Positions 28,590 to 38,338 of a stretch of 64,000 bases of DNA are shown piece by piece. The stretch comes from a virus: the IMG/VR virus record IMGVR_UViG_3300023235_000012, positions 64,001 through 128,000 of that record; one strand, written 5' to 3'. Position 1 is the first letter of the stretch, and the number at the start of each line of letters is the position of its first letter. Below the pieces are notes generated by a model. The model did not search any database. It had not been told where the DNA came from and saw only the letters and a program-made list of their open reading frames with translations. Position numbers and translations under genes: made by a program.

Positions 28590-29138
28590 TCATAGATATT
28601 CTATCTTTCCATCTTCTCTGGGTTTTGCTCTGATTTGTAATTCTTCAGGTTCCGGGGCTTGATCTTCGCCAGACAATTCATTCTCAAGGATCTGAGATCG
28701 ATATATATCAGCTAACCAGGAATCAAATATTTGCGGGTCGCCCGCTCCTTCATATCCCTGATCTTTTAAAAATTCAATAAATTCATAATTCCAATCGAAT
28801 TCCATCCAGAACCCACCTGGCCCTTGTTCCCAGTCAAACCCAGATTCTATCACTCTGACAAAAGGATTACCTTCAATCGTTGCTATCGCATTTTGATAAA
28901 AAGAATTGCTTATCTTATCGAAAGACAAATCAAGTTCCAATAATCCTCTTTGAAATTGAAGAGGAATTTCTTCTATTGACCCTTCTTCTTGTTCTTTGGT
29001 GACATCATAATCAATGCGAAGAAGAGTTCGGGCCAATTCATATGACCCCGCTGCCATTTCATATTCTGCTTTTGCTCTGGCTTTTGTCTTTCCTTTAAGA
29101 CCCCATGATCCAGGCATCCATTCGAATGGTATTCGCAT
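28590..29138 (-). CDS. Hypothetical phage protein
   Basis: GFWMEFDWN..F...L...GY.G motif; AAGGAG SD. Confidence 0.65.
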   Translation of the reverse strand: MRIPFEWMPGSWGLKGKTKARAKAEYEMAAGSYELARTLLRIDYDVTKEQEEGSIEEIPLQFQRGLLELDLSFDKISNSFYQNAIATIEGNPFVRVIESGFDWEQGPGGFWMEFDWNYEFIEFLKDQGYEGAGDPQIFDSWLADIYRSQILENELSGEDQAPEPEELQIRAKPREDGKIEYL

Positions 29139-29170
29139 TTTTCTCCTTGTTAATCTTACAGAAATAATCT

Positions 29171-29947
29171 TTAAAGATTGAACTCTTGTCCCCTAATCAC
29201 CCATCCTAAAAAACCATCTTTTTTACAATCCACTTTTTTACCTGGATGATAGTGATAGAGCCACATCTTAGCTTTAGTTTCTTCTGGAAGAGTTTTGAGT
29301 TCTTCATAGTGAGCATGAACACCAGAAGCAAAAGGACTCGTCTCACAATCATGAAAAATTACATCAGATTGATCGTAAAATTTTTTGATTTGGTTTGGAT
29401 TGAATTGTGTATCGGTAGTTAGAAATGCTTTGGTTCCATTAGGACCTGTCCACATCAAACCATAACTTGGAACGATGCTAAAGCCATCCATAAAATGAAC
29501 CACCTGAACGAGTTGGAAATCAATCTCTTCCCATTTAGCTACACCGTTCTCTGGAATTGAGACTACTTCAAAATAATCGTCAAGTTTCACTTTTTGCCCT
29601 TCGATGCTTCCGAGTCCACCACACAATGAGTCATCCCAGAGATCTTCAAGCAATCGATGATTTCCGAACATAAAAGGTTTCTTCATAGTCGGATTAAAAA
29701 ACGTCGAAAAGGCTAGATATTCCAGACCTCCAATATGATCAGCATGTTGATGACTAATGTAGATACCATCAATATCACCTATTGTTAAACCCGCTTTCGT
29801 CAATGAAAATCGTATGTCAGACCCACAATCTATCAAGAGGTTTTTTCCATTGAGTCTAACAATCATGTTCGACTGAAAATCACATTGATTCAAATCTCCT
29901 GATTCTGGCACAGTGAACGCGGATCCAGTTCCTAAAAATTTCAACAT
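29171..29947 (-). CDS. apyc1: Metallo-beta-lactamase-fold hydrolase, Apyc1-like anti-Pycsar nuclease
   Basis: GTGSAF, LLIDCG, HQHADHIGGLE, LW..SL.GGL, DT.F, FHDC, GVHA, LYHY, as in Apyc1. Confidence 0.8.
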   Translation of the reverse strand: MLKFLGTGSAFTVPESGDLNQCDFQSNMIVRLNGKNLLIDCGSDIRFSLTKAGLTIGDIDGIYISHQHADHIGGLEYLAFSTFFNPTMKKPFMFGNHRLLEDLWDDSLCGGLGSIEGQKVKLDDYFEVVSIPENGVAKWEEIDFQLVQVVHFMDGFSIVPSYGLMWTGPNGTKAFLTTDTQFNPNQIKKFYDQSDVIFHDCETSPFASGVHAHYEELKTLPEETKAKMWLYHYHPGKKVDCKKDGFLGWVIRGQEFNL

Positions 29948-30913
29948 TTATTTTCCTATAGCGTTATTGAAGATCCATGAGTGAATGCGAGCACTGAAGT
30001 TGTATCCTCGTCGAACAGTTTCTTCACAAATTCTAGCTTGAATTTCTTCCTGTTGTTCTCCGGATGAACCTACCGGCATGATCCACACTGGCCATTCAAT
30101 ACCAACATCACGATACGTGTTAGTGGCTCTTTCTACTTCGTCCCATGATCTCTCTGAACCATCTACAACGTATTTCAATTGTCCATTGTCGGACGCATCA
30201 GCGTATGATCGTAACACGGCTGCTTTTATTGCCTTTTCCCAAGATTCACCTGATGCGTATAGCTTCGGTGAAACTGACCAAAACCATTCAACCGGTCCTT
30301 GCTCATCAGGAACCAATCCACCACATTCGCTTGCTGTTTTGAACGCATTAATCAACTCTTCTGCGTTTGGACGCAGTCGTTGTGTTCCATTTGTCTCTAC
30401 GGTCACAAATGATGGAACATTCGATCTCTTCACAAATTCACGAAAAATTTCACAGATAGCAGTTTGGTTCATCATCGGCTCTCCACCAGTGAACGCCATA
30501 TGAATCGATTGTTTAGAGCGTGGATGAATAAACTTCCCATCTGGGTTGGTTTCGTGTATCATTAATTTTTCAAGTTTATCCACCATTTCTCTGGGGGTTT
30601 CTTGGTGTACCAAGTGCTGGAATTTTTTCGCCCAGCTATAAGCCGAATCGCACCCAAATTTTAAGATTGGAACATCTTCCATACTTTTGATGTCAGTTAG
30701 ATCGAGATTTTCATACTCTGTTTCCCAGGTACTCGGATCTCCTGGATTTTTTTGCCCGAAGCCTTGGCAAGAAAAATTGCAACCCCAAAATCTAACCCAA
30801 ATAGTAGGAACTCCGGTATACTGTCCTTCTCCTTGGATGGTTTCACCGAAGATTTCAGAATAACGAAATTTCTTTTCTTTCATATTTTTTCCGCATTTAG
30901 AACAAATTTCCAT
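29948..30913 (-). CDS. queE: 7-carboxy-7-deazaguanine synthase (radical SAM)
   Basis: EIF..IQGEG..G.P, GCNFSC...CDS, TGGEP, VETNGT, SVSPKL, RIH. Confidence 0.88.
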   Translation of the reverse strand: MEICSKCGKNMKEKKFRYSEIFGETIQGEGQYTGVPTIWVRFWGCNFSCQGFGQKNPGDPSTWETEYENLDLTDIKSMEDVPILKFGCDSAYSWAKKFQHLVHQETPREMVDKLEKLMIHETNPDGKFIHPRSKQSIHMAFTGGEPMMNQTAICEIFREFVKRSNVPSFVTVETNGTQRLRPNAEELINAFKTASECGGLVPDEQGPVEWFWSVSPKLYASGESWEKAIKAAVLRSYADASDNGQLKYVVDGSERSWDEVERATNTYRDVGIEWPVWIMPVGSSGEQQEEIQARICEETVRRGYNFSARIHSWIFNNAIGK

Positions 30914-30950
30914 TGTTTAATATACACTCAAATGATAGGCATGGTCAATA

Positions 30951-31364
30951 TTATTCTACCATATTTAACACTACCTGATAATTATCCCATGCTGCTTGAA
31001 GTGATGGATCCTTCTTCCGAAGATTAGCCTCTTTTTCAAGGCGATTAGTAATTTCCAGAAGTTCGTCGTTTTGAGCCTCTATTTCACTAACTCGTTCATT
31101 TTGAATCCTGCCAAATTTTTCGGCGGTCAGCGCCTTCGCTTTCATCCTGCGAGCGTATTTTCCATTTTTTTCTAGAGAATCATCCCAGAACCAACTTTCA
31201 TAATCTTCTTTAATCCAATTAAGAGATTTTGATACGTTTATCAATTCTCTGTAATAGACGACCTCTTGTTCCGAAAGATAATCTTTGTTACACATCTCGT
31301 CTATCAATTTTTATAGGTTATTGATTTCAACCCTAATTTTGTCAACACCGAATTCTTTTTCCAT
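30951..31364 (-). pseudogene. Hypothetical gene with premature TAA; C-terminal DPSLQAAWDNY helix
   Basis: ATG 31364 with GGAG SD, in frame with track ORF; TAA at 31311-31313. Confidence 0.55.
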
Positions 31365-31391
31365 CAATTGACTTCTCCAGAATCATTTAAT

Positions 31392-31733
31392 CTAGTCTTT
31401 CAGAACTGGTCCAAATGGCAGAGTCCGCAACAATTCGATCCGACGATTTGTGCACGTTCGAATAGCAGCCGAAGACCCCTTTCCTGCCAAACGATGGATT
31501 TCGAAGGCTCTTGCAAATTCTTCGTCTTGCATGCAATACTCTCTGATATCTTTCTTTGAAGGAATTACCTTCTTAGAATTGATTGGAGTCCTACTGTTCT
31601 TTGCTTTGGTGATATTTGCTTGTATTATAGATGATGCTGTTTTTCTTCGAGGAGCAGGTTGCTGATTAATAGCGTATTTCCCCGAGTTGCCAAGATAAGG
31701 AGCCTTTATCGAAGTCAATCCAAAACCTTGCAT
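31392..31733 (-). CDS. Basic hypothetical protein
   Basis: Likely start MQGFG just after upstream stop. Confidence 0.5.
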   Translation of the reverse strand: MQGFGLTSIKAPYLGNSGKYAINQQPAPRRKTASSIIQANITKAKNSRTPINSKKVIPSKKDIREYCMQDEEFARAFEIHRLAGKGSSAAIRTCTNRRIELLRTLPFGPVLKD

Positions 31734-31734
31734 A

Positions 31735-32049
31735 TTATGCGCTCCAATACCGTTCCGTGCTAGGATCACAAATACCACCGATCAGTTCAGCCCGAATCTG
31801 CACCGACTTATCATTCATCAAATTTTTGACCGTTACGAGCTTTTGAGATTCTTCGAACAAATGATCCATAATCTGCTTCTTCAAGCTAGTCATTGTTTCC
31901 GCTACGAACGAAGTACCGTCATGCATTAATGCACATAAAAGGCCGCCCTCGATTTTATCGACCATCCCAACTTCTTTACGACCACGATATCCTTTGTCTT
32001 CAAAAACATAACCAGTTTCATTTTTCCATTTTACCAGAATCTTCGTCAT
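31735..32049 (-). CDS. Hypothetical protein
   Basis: C-terminal CDPSTERYWS; own promoter at 32080-32107. Confidence 0.6.
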   Translation of the reverse strand: MTKILVKWKNETGYVFEDKGYRGRKEVGMVDKIEGGLLCALMHDGTSFVAETMTSLKKQIMDHLFEESQKLVTVKNLMNDKSVQIRAELIGGICDPSTERYWSA

Positions 32050-32103
32050 GTGGTAGTCCCTTTCTCAATATGTAATTATATTATAACACATCACGAGAAA
32101 AAG

Positions 32104-32622
32104 TCAAGTGATTAATGCTTTCACTAACTCTAGTTCTTTTCGTCCGCCTGATTCCCAGGCTATTTTCAACGTTGGATTCTCTTCACCCATAGCAGTTGAA
32201 TAGATGAGTTCATTGTATTCCCACCATTCTTCAGCTCCATTTACATATTCAATAGCAGGACCATCTTCACGATGCCGTTCTCCATCTAACCACCATTCTT
32301 TGGACCCATTTACATAATATTCAACAGCCGGACCCTGTTCACGATGACGTTTTCCATTCACATACCAATATTTATTTCCATATTTGGAATAAGCCGCAGG
32401 GCCATCTTCACGATGGAGTTGTCCATTCAGATACCATGCGTTGAATCCATCTGGTGAAATAACAGCCGGACCCTGTTCACGATGCCGTTCTCCATCTAAC
32501 CACCATTCTTCATATCCATCTGGGCAAATAACAGCCGGGGCTTGTTCTCGATGGAGTTGTCCATTCAGACGCCATTCTTTAGATCCATCTTCGCATTCAC
32601 TCATTCTTGATTCATCGATCAT
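32104..32622 (-). CDS. HRE(D/Q)GPA-repeat protein, paralog 5 (5 repeats)
   Basis: 22-aa Trp-rich repeats. Confidence 0.85.
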   Translation of the reverse strand: MIDESRMSECEDGSKEWRLNGQLHREQAPAVICPDGYEEWWLDGERHREQGPAVISPDGFNAWYLNGQLHREDGPAAYSKYGNKYWYVNGKRHREQGPAVEYYVNGSKEWWLDGERHREDGPAIEYVNGAEEWWEYNELIYSTAMGEENPTLKIAWESGGRKELELVKALIT

Positions 32623-33134
32623 GATATCAAAGCTTTCACCAAATTGAATTCTTCTCGATTATCTGATTCCCAAGCTTTTTTCAACGTGAGATTCTCTTCA
32701 CCCATTTCAGTTGAATAGATGAGTTTATTGTATTCCCACCATTCTTTGGATCCATCTGAGTGTTCAATTGCGGGTCCTTGTTCACGATGCCGTTCTCCAT
32801 TCAGATACCATTCTTCAGCTCCATCTGGCCATATAACAGCCGGACCTTGTTCACGATGGAGTTGTCCATCTAACCACCATGTTTTATATCCATCTGGCCA
32901 TATAACAGCCGGACCTTGTTCACGATGGAGTTTTCCATTCAGATACCATGCTTTATATCCATCTGAGTCTATAATTGCCGGACCATCTTCATTATGGCGT
33001 TCTCCATCTTTCCACCATTCTTTAGTTCCATCTGGTGATATAACAGCAGGGCCTTGTTCACGATGGAGTTTTCCATTCAGATGCCATTCTTTAGATCCAT
33101 CTTCAAGTTCACTCATTCTTGATTCATCGATCAT
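32619..33134 (-). CDS. HRE(D/Q)GPA-repeat protein, paralog 4 (5 repeats)
   Basis: Start MIDESR via ATGA overlap. Confidence 0.85.
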   Translation of the reverse strand: MIDESRMSELEDGSKEWHLNGKLHREQGPAVISPDGTKEWWKDGERHNEDGPAIIDSDGYKAWYLNGKLHREQGPAVIWPDGYKTWWLDGQLHREQGPAVIWPDGAEEWYLNGERHREQGPAIEHSDGSKEWWEYNKLIYSTEMGEENLTLKKAWESDNREEFNLVKALIS

Positions 33135-33973
33135 GATATCAAAGCTTTCACTATATTGAATTCTTCTCTTGAACCAGATTCCCAAGCTTTCTTCAAAATT
33201 GGATTCTCTTCACCCATTTCAGTTGAATAGATGAGTTCATTGTATTCCCACCATTCTTTGGATCCATCTGAGTGTTCAATTGCGGGTCCTTGTTCACGGT
33301 GGAGTTGTCCATTTAACCACCATTCATTGGATCCATTTGATCGTATAACAGCTGGGCCTTGTTCACGATGCCGTTCTCCATTCAGATACCATGCTTTATA
33401 TCCATCTGGTGATATAACAGCAGGGCCTTGTTCACGATGGAGTTTTCCATTTAAGAACCATTCTTTGGATCCATTTGATCGTAAAATTGCCGGACCTTGT
33501 TCACGATGGAGTTGTCCATCTAACCACCATGTTTTATATCCATCTGGCCATATAACAGCAGGGCCATCTTCACGATGCCGTTCTCCATCTAACCACCATG
33601 CTTTATATCCATCTGGCCATATAACAGCAGGGCCATCTTCACGATGCCGTTCTCCATCTAACCACCATGCTTCAGCTCCATCTGGTGATATAACAGCAGG
33701 GCCTTGTTCACGATGGAGTTTTCCATTTAAGAACCATTCTTTGGATCCATTTGATCGTAAAATTGCCGGACCTTGTTCACGATGCCGTTCTCCATCTAAC
33801 CACCATTCTTCATATCCATCTGGGCAAATAACAGCCGGGGCTTGTTCTCGATGGAGTTGTCCATTCAGACGCCATTCTTTAGATCCATCTGGGCAAATAA
33901 CAGCCGGGGCTTGTTCTCGATGGAGTTTTCCATTCAGACGCCATTCTTTAGATCCATCTTCAAGTTCACTCAT
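33131..33973 (-). CDS. HRE(D/Q)GPA-repeat protein, paralog 3 (10 repeats)
   Basis: 22-aa repeats; 1-nt deletion separates the MTNEPR leader. Confidence 0.85.
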   Translation of the reverse strand: MSELEDGSKEWRLNGKLHREQAPAVICPDGSKEWRLNGQLHREQAPAVICPDGYEEWWLDGERHREQGPAILRSNGSKEWFLNGKLHREQGPAVISPDGAEAWWLDGERHREDGPAVIWPDGYKAWWLDGERHREDGPAVIWPDGYKTWWLDGQLHREQGPAILRSNGSKEWFLNGKLHREQGPAVISPDGYKAWYLNGERHREQGPAVIRSNGSNEWWLNGQLHREQGPAIEHSDGSKEWWEYNELIYSTEMGEENPILKKAWESGSREEFNIVKALIS

Positions 33974-33986
33974 CTTGGTTCATTTG

Positions 33987-34571
33987 TCATGAGATCAAAG
34001 CTTTCACCATATTGAATTCTTCTCGATTACCTGATTCCCAAGCTTTTTTTAATATTGGATTCTCGTCACCTATATCAGTTGAATAGATGAGTTCATTGTG
34101 TTCCCACCATTCTTTAGTTCCATCTGAATCTATAACAGCCGGACCTTGTTCACGATGCCGTTCTCCATCTAACCACCATTCTTTGGATCCATTTGATCGT
34201 AAAATTGCCGGACCTTGTTCACGATGGAGTTTTCCATTTAAGAACCATTCTTTAGTTCCACCTGGTGATATAACAGCCGGACCTTGTTCACGATGGAGTT
34301 TTCCATTTAAGAACCATGCTTCAGTTCCATCGGGCCAAATAATAGCCGGACCATCTTCACGATGGAGTTTTCCATTTAAGAACCATTCTTTGGATCCATC
34401 GGGCCAAATAATAGCCGGACCATCTTCACGATGGAGTTCTCCATTCAGACACCATTTTTTGGTTCCATTTGGCCTTTCAACAGCTGGGCCTTGTTCACGA
34501 TGCCGTTCTCCATTCAGACACCATTCTTTAGATCCATCTTCAAGTTCACTCATTCTTGGTTCATTTGTCAT
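33987..34571 (-). CDS. HRE(D/Q)GPA-repeat protein, paralog 2 (6 repeats)
   Basis: 22-aa repeats. Confidence 0.85.
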   Translation of the reverse strand: MTNEPRMSELEDGSKEWCLNGERHREQGPAVERPNGTKKWCLNGELHREDGPAIIWPDGSKEWFLNGKLHREDGPAIIWPDGTEAWFLNGKLHREQGPAVISPGGTKEWFLNGKLHREQGPAILRSNGSKEWWLDGERHREQGPAVIDSDGTKEWWEHNELIYSTDIGDENPILKKAWESGNREEFNMVKALIS

Positions 34572-35014
34572 GAGATCAAAGCTTTCACCATATTGAATTC
34601 TTCTCGATCACCTGATTCCCAGGCATTCTTCAATATTGGATTCTCTTCGCCTATATCAGTTGAATAGATGAGTTCATTGTATTCATACCAATATTTATTT
34701 CCATATTTGGAATAAATCGCAGGACCATCTACTCTATGACGTTTTCCATTTAAGAACCATGCTTCATATCCATCGGGCCAAATAATAGCCGGACCTTGTT
34801 CACGATGCCGTTCTCCATTCAGATACCACTCTTTGGACCCAACTTGACCTTCATATGCAGGGTAATATACTCTATGACGTTTTCCATTCAGATACCATTC
34901 TTTAGTTCCATTTGACCGTATAATTGCCGGACCATCTTCACGATGGCGTTCTCCATTCAGACGCCATTTTTTGGTTCCATCTAGATATTCAGTCATTGTT
35001 GGTTCATCGGTCAT
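34568..35014 (-). CDS. HRE(D/Q)GPA-repeat protein, paralog 1 (4 repeats)
   Basis: 22-aa repeats; promoter TTGACT-17nt-TATGTT 6 nt upstream. Confidence 0.85.
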   Translation of the reverse strand: MTDEPTMTEYLDGTKKWRLNGERHREDGPAIIRSNGTKEWYLNGKRHRVYYPAYEGQVGSKEWYLNGERHREQGPAIIWPDGYEAWFLNGKRHRVDGPAIYSKYGNKYWYEYNELIYSTDIGEENPILKNAWESGDREEFNMVKALIS

Positions 35015-35056
35015 GTTATTAACATAACATGATAATTAAGGTGAGTCAAGCAGAAA

Positions 35057-35524
35057 TTATGATTTTACCCAGAAATTTTCCCACGGAAAACATATCCATC
35101 GGTCTTCATCTTTTCGATTAATTTCTCTAGCATAGAAATCAGGATTTATTTTCTGTGCGGTATTGTACCAAAGACTAGCAACTCTATAATTCATCGACTC
35201 TCTAATCATAGTTCCTTTTTCTTTTTTGAACTGACTTTCGATTTTTTCAAATGTGGAACCAGAATCTATAATATCATCGAAGACTAGCACGTAGTCTTCT
35301 TTTGTCATGTCTAATAATGAATCTATTTTCAGTTTTTTGTGATCTCGCAAAGAACAATGAATGATGTCTACTGGACAATCAAACCATTGCGCAAGAAAAA
35401 CAGCTGGAATAAGACCACCGCGACTTATTCCAAAGATATGATTCGGATGGAATTTTTTGAAAGTCATCTGTCGAGCAATTTCAATCATATCACCTTCGAA
35501 TTGTTCTTGTGAATAATGAATCAT
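35057..35524 (-). CDS. Type I phosphoribosyltransferase (Gpt-like)
   Basis: GISRGGLIPA, VLVFDDIIDSGST, WICFPWE. Confidence 0.88.
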   Translation of the reverse strand: MIHYSQEQFEGDMIEIARQMTFKKFHPNHIFGISRGGLIPAVFLAQWFDCPVDIIHCSLRDHKKLKIDSLLDMTKEDYVLVFDDIIDSGSTFEKIESQFKKEKGTMIRESMNYRVASLWYNTAQKINPDFYAREINRKDEDRWICFPWENFWVKS

Positions 35525-35572
35525 GCGTTTTCCATCTCAAATAAAGGTCTCATTTCATCTATCATTCCTTTC

Positions 35573-36370
35573 TCACTCTGAAAAACTTTTACTTGATTGG
35601 ATTAGACTATAGAACTCGGCACGAATAGCATCAATCTCTTTGAATTTACCACCTAGATAGGTAGTACACATATCACTGCTATGCTCCCGTACACCTCTTG
35701 AAGTCATGCAATGATGCTCTGCTTTCACGATCACCGCGATATCTTCTGTTTGTGCGAATTCTTTCAATGCACTGGCGATCTGGGTAGTCATCTCTTCTTG
35801 GATTTGTGGACGATAAGCGATGTGATGAACTATCCTATTGAACTTTGATAAGCCGATCACACAATCACCGGGGACTACGCCGACCCAAGCCTTCCCGACG
35901 ATGTTTTGAAAGTGGTGGGCACAGGTGCTGTGGATTGAAATCGGCCCGGCGGTATAGAGACCATCATACCCCATGTTTGGAAAAGCTGTTATTTCCGGAG
36001 GAGGTGAGTAACGCCCTCCGAAAATTTCTAGCACCATCATCTTGGCTACACGATTTGCCGTGTCTATGGTGTTGTGATCATTAGCGGTGTCAATTATCAA
36101 TGATTCAAGCACGCCTTGCATTTTCTCAGCAACTTCATCGATCAGAGCATCAATTTCACCTTCATTGATAAATTCACTTATATTATCATTGCATCTAAAA
36201 GTAACTTTATCAGAACCATTCTTATTATTATCAATAATCCTTTCTTTGATCACATTTGATATTTTGAGATTTTCTATTATGTCAATGGCATAAGACATCT
36301 GATTTTTTATCTCTTTCAATTCATCTGCATCTGATTCGCTGATGAGTTTCTTTATGTTTTCAACAGTCAT
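35573..36370 (-). CDS. folE: GTP cyclohydrolase I
   Basis: TANRVAKM, STCAHHF, GLSKFNR, PQIQE, HHCMTSRGV. Confidence 0.93.
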   Translation of the reverse strand: MTVENIKKLISESDADELKEIKNQMSYAIDIIENLKISNVIKERIIDNNKNGSDKVTFRCNDNISEFINEGEIDALIDEVAEKMQGVLESLIIDTANDHNTIDTANRVAKMMVLEIFGGRYSPPPEITAFPNMGYDGLYTAGPISIHSTCAHHFQNIVGKAWVGVVPGDCVIGLSKFNRIVHHIAYRPQIQEEMTTQIASALKEFAQTEDIAVIVKAEHHCMTSRGVREHSSDMCTTYLGGKFKEIDAIRAEFYSLIQSSKSFSE

Positions 36371-36407
36371 TTTTTCTCCTTGTTTAATTTTTAATTATAA
36401 GACTTTT

Positions 36408-37244
36408 CTATTGATTGTTCAATTTGTTTCTTGCTTGATCAATTAAAATACCAAATTGCTCTGAGAACGGATCATTATCCTTAAAGAAACGAATCATCAT
36501 ATCTACCATATTCAATTCATCTCTATTGGATGCGTCTTCTGAATAAAGAAAGTCAATAAGATAATTGATCATATTTTTCTGTTGGATCTCTGAATCTGTT
36601 GGATGAATCACATAATCTTCTGTAAAGCCATTCAATCCAAATGACAAAAATCTCTTAGTGCACTGTTTACATTCACCGCAAGGTTTTCCATCTTTTGGAT
36701 GCCAGCAACTTATGCTCGAATCACGAATTTCTTTGGCTGTTAATCCATTAGTAAGAGCCCATTTCACACATTTTTCCTTTGTCCACTCTTCTTCGACAAA
36801 AGGAAATACTAATTTACAATCATCTAGGAATGGACTTAAAACATACGACAAGAGTTCACTTGTCATATTTCGAAACTTTTCATTTTTGTCGGTTCCTTTT
36901 GGATTGTCTTCATCCCACACCGTTCCCATCCAAACTTCATTGGCTAATTCTTGCGATGCTGCTAAAACACCAAAGACAAGATTCCGGCCAGGAATATAAA
37001 TTGCTCCGGCATACGGATCATCTTTCTTTGCAATTGGTTTGATTGTATCATTCAACCAATCCACCTTTCGAACAATGACGAATTCTGGTAAACTATCTAG
37101 CTCTTCTTTTTCAGCTGCCTGACCGTGTGCAAAGAACAGGCATTTCACTTCTGCTTCGGGGTATTTGATTTTAGCATAATGGTACATCAAGAAGGAATCA
37201 AGTCCTCCACTGTAAAGAATAACTATCTTCTTTGCTTTATTCAT
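36408..37244 (-). CDS. queC: QueC-like 7-cyano-7-deazaguanine synthase
   Basis: YSGGLDS, GQ...E, IPGRN, SC...PCGECKQC..R. Confidence 0.85.
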   Translation of the reverse strand: MNKAKKIVILYSGGLDSFLMYHYAKIKYPEAEVKCLFFAHGQAAEKEELDSLPEFVIVRKVDWLNDTIKPIAKKDDPYAGAIYIPGRNLVFGVLAASQELANEVWMGTVWDEDNPKGTDKNEKFRNMTSELLSYVLSPFLDDCKLVFPFVEEEWTKEKCVKWALTNGLTAKEIRDSSISCWHPKDGKPCGECKQCTKRFLSFGLNGFTEDYVIHPTDSEIQQKNMINYLIDFLYSEDASNRDELNMVDMMIRFFKDNDPFSEQFGILIDQARNKLNNQ

Positions 37245-37281
37245 TTTATTTCCTCTTTTCTTGGATTAAATCCTTTGTTTC

Positions 37282-37485
37282 TTAATGTTTCTTTATGAAA
37301 ATCTTCTGCACTATAATATTTCCATCCTTGTTTTTGAAAGAGCCACATTCAAATGGAGAAGGAGGAGAATTAAATCCACAAAAAGAAGCTGCATTGTTCC
37401 AAATAACAACTCCTCTTTTGGATTTTTGACAGGGCCCAAGGTTAGCAGTTTTTACAGCTAAATCTATGATTTGATTTGGAATCAT
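37282..37485 (-). pseudogene. Truncated deoxycytidylate-deaminase-like fragment
   Basis: PCQKSKRGVVI...GFNSPP...C; lacks HAE and PCxxC. Confidence 0.45.
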
Positions 37486-37934
37486 TATTTCTCTTGCTTT
37501 GAAATCACGTAGATCAGTTCCACATCAGTTTCATGTTCAATGATTTCTGCTTGGATAGGATCATCTTCAAAGAATTTTTTTATCTTCGGAATAGATTTGA
37601 TCATTTTTGCTTTCCATTTCCCACTGGAAGCTCTAGTGTTATCTTTACGCAATTCTGGATTGAAATATACAGGATTATTAATTTTCTTTTTTCTGAGCAT
37701 TTCGTTAGTTTCATTAGCCATTTGAAAACTTCGTCCAGTGATTATAACATCTTTCGGACCAGGAAAAATTCCTGCAGTGATCACTCCATCAATATCAAAC
37801 CCACTGATTTCTAATGGATTATCTGAATTTTGTGCTAACCTTTTCTGCCTGCGATTATTAATTTCTTTTTTCGATTGTGGAACGCTCTGTTCCTTAACTA
37901 GTCGTCGTAATCGTACAGTCATCCAAGCTCCCAT
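37485..37934 (-). CDS. HAD-superfamily phosphatase (capless)
   Basis: GFDIDGVI, IITGR, K, FFEDD. Confidence 0.82.
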   Translation of the reverse strand: MGAWMTVRLRRLVKEQSVPQSKKEINNRRQKRLAQNSDNPLEISGFDIDGVITAGIFPGPKDVIITGRSFQMANETNEMLRKKKINNPVYFNPELRKDNTRASSGKWKAKMIKSIPKIKKFFEDDPIQAEIIEHETDVELIYVISKQEK

Positions 37935-38338
37935 GAACCATTAAACATTTTCAAAAAAGGATCTTCATTAATTACTTCTTTTGCAATCTTTTCAATATCT
38001 ACTATGCTACCTATCCACCATTCCCCATGACCGGTTTGAGTTGTTTCTTGATGAAGATTCTGAAACCCTTTCTGCTTTAATTTCTCAGAGATCCGATCCT
38101 CTAATCTCTTCGTTATGGATTTTTCATAGAAAGGTGACAACTGTTCGAATTTTAATCCAGCTGGATTCCCTTGATTCAGCGCACGATTTCTTTGGTAGAA
38201 TATATCATCTTTTTTCGATTTGCACGCAATGCCAATTTTTGCCACGTTCAACCTAGCGTCAAAAAACTTATTTCCACGCTCGGTAGCAATATAGACACAT
38301 TTATGCTCATCACTAACCATTGCTATTGTTTCGGCCAT
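37919..38338 (-). CDS. GIY-YIG (T5orf172-like) nuclease-domain protein
   Basis: VYIA, KIGIA, R...LNQGNP, LE, GEW. Confidence 0.7.
   Translation of the reverse strand: MAETIAMVSDEHKCVYIATERGNKFFDARLNVAKIGIACKSKKDDIFYQRNRALNQGNPAGLKFEQLSPFYEKSITKRLEDRISEKLKQKGFQNLHQETTQTGHGEWWIGSIVDIEKIAKEVINEDPFLKMFNGSWELG

Noticed and set aside
32441-34596. Long plus-strand ORFs with ITAGPCSR repeats
   Set aside because: Antisense shadows of the repeat genes.
32104-35014. CRISPR array or diversity-generating retroelement
   Set aside because: Repeats are in-frame 66-nt coding units without unique spacers; no cas or reverse transcriptase gene in the window.
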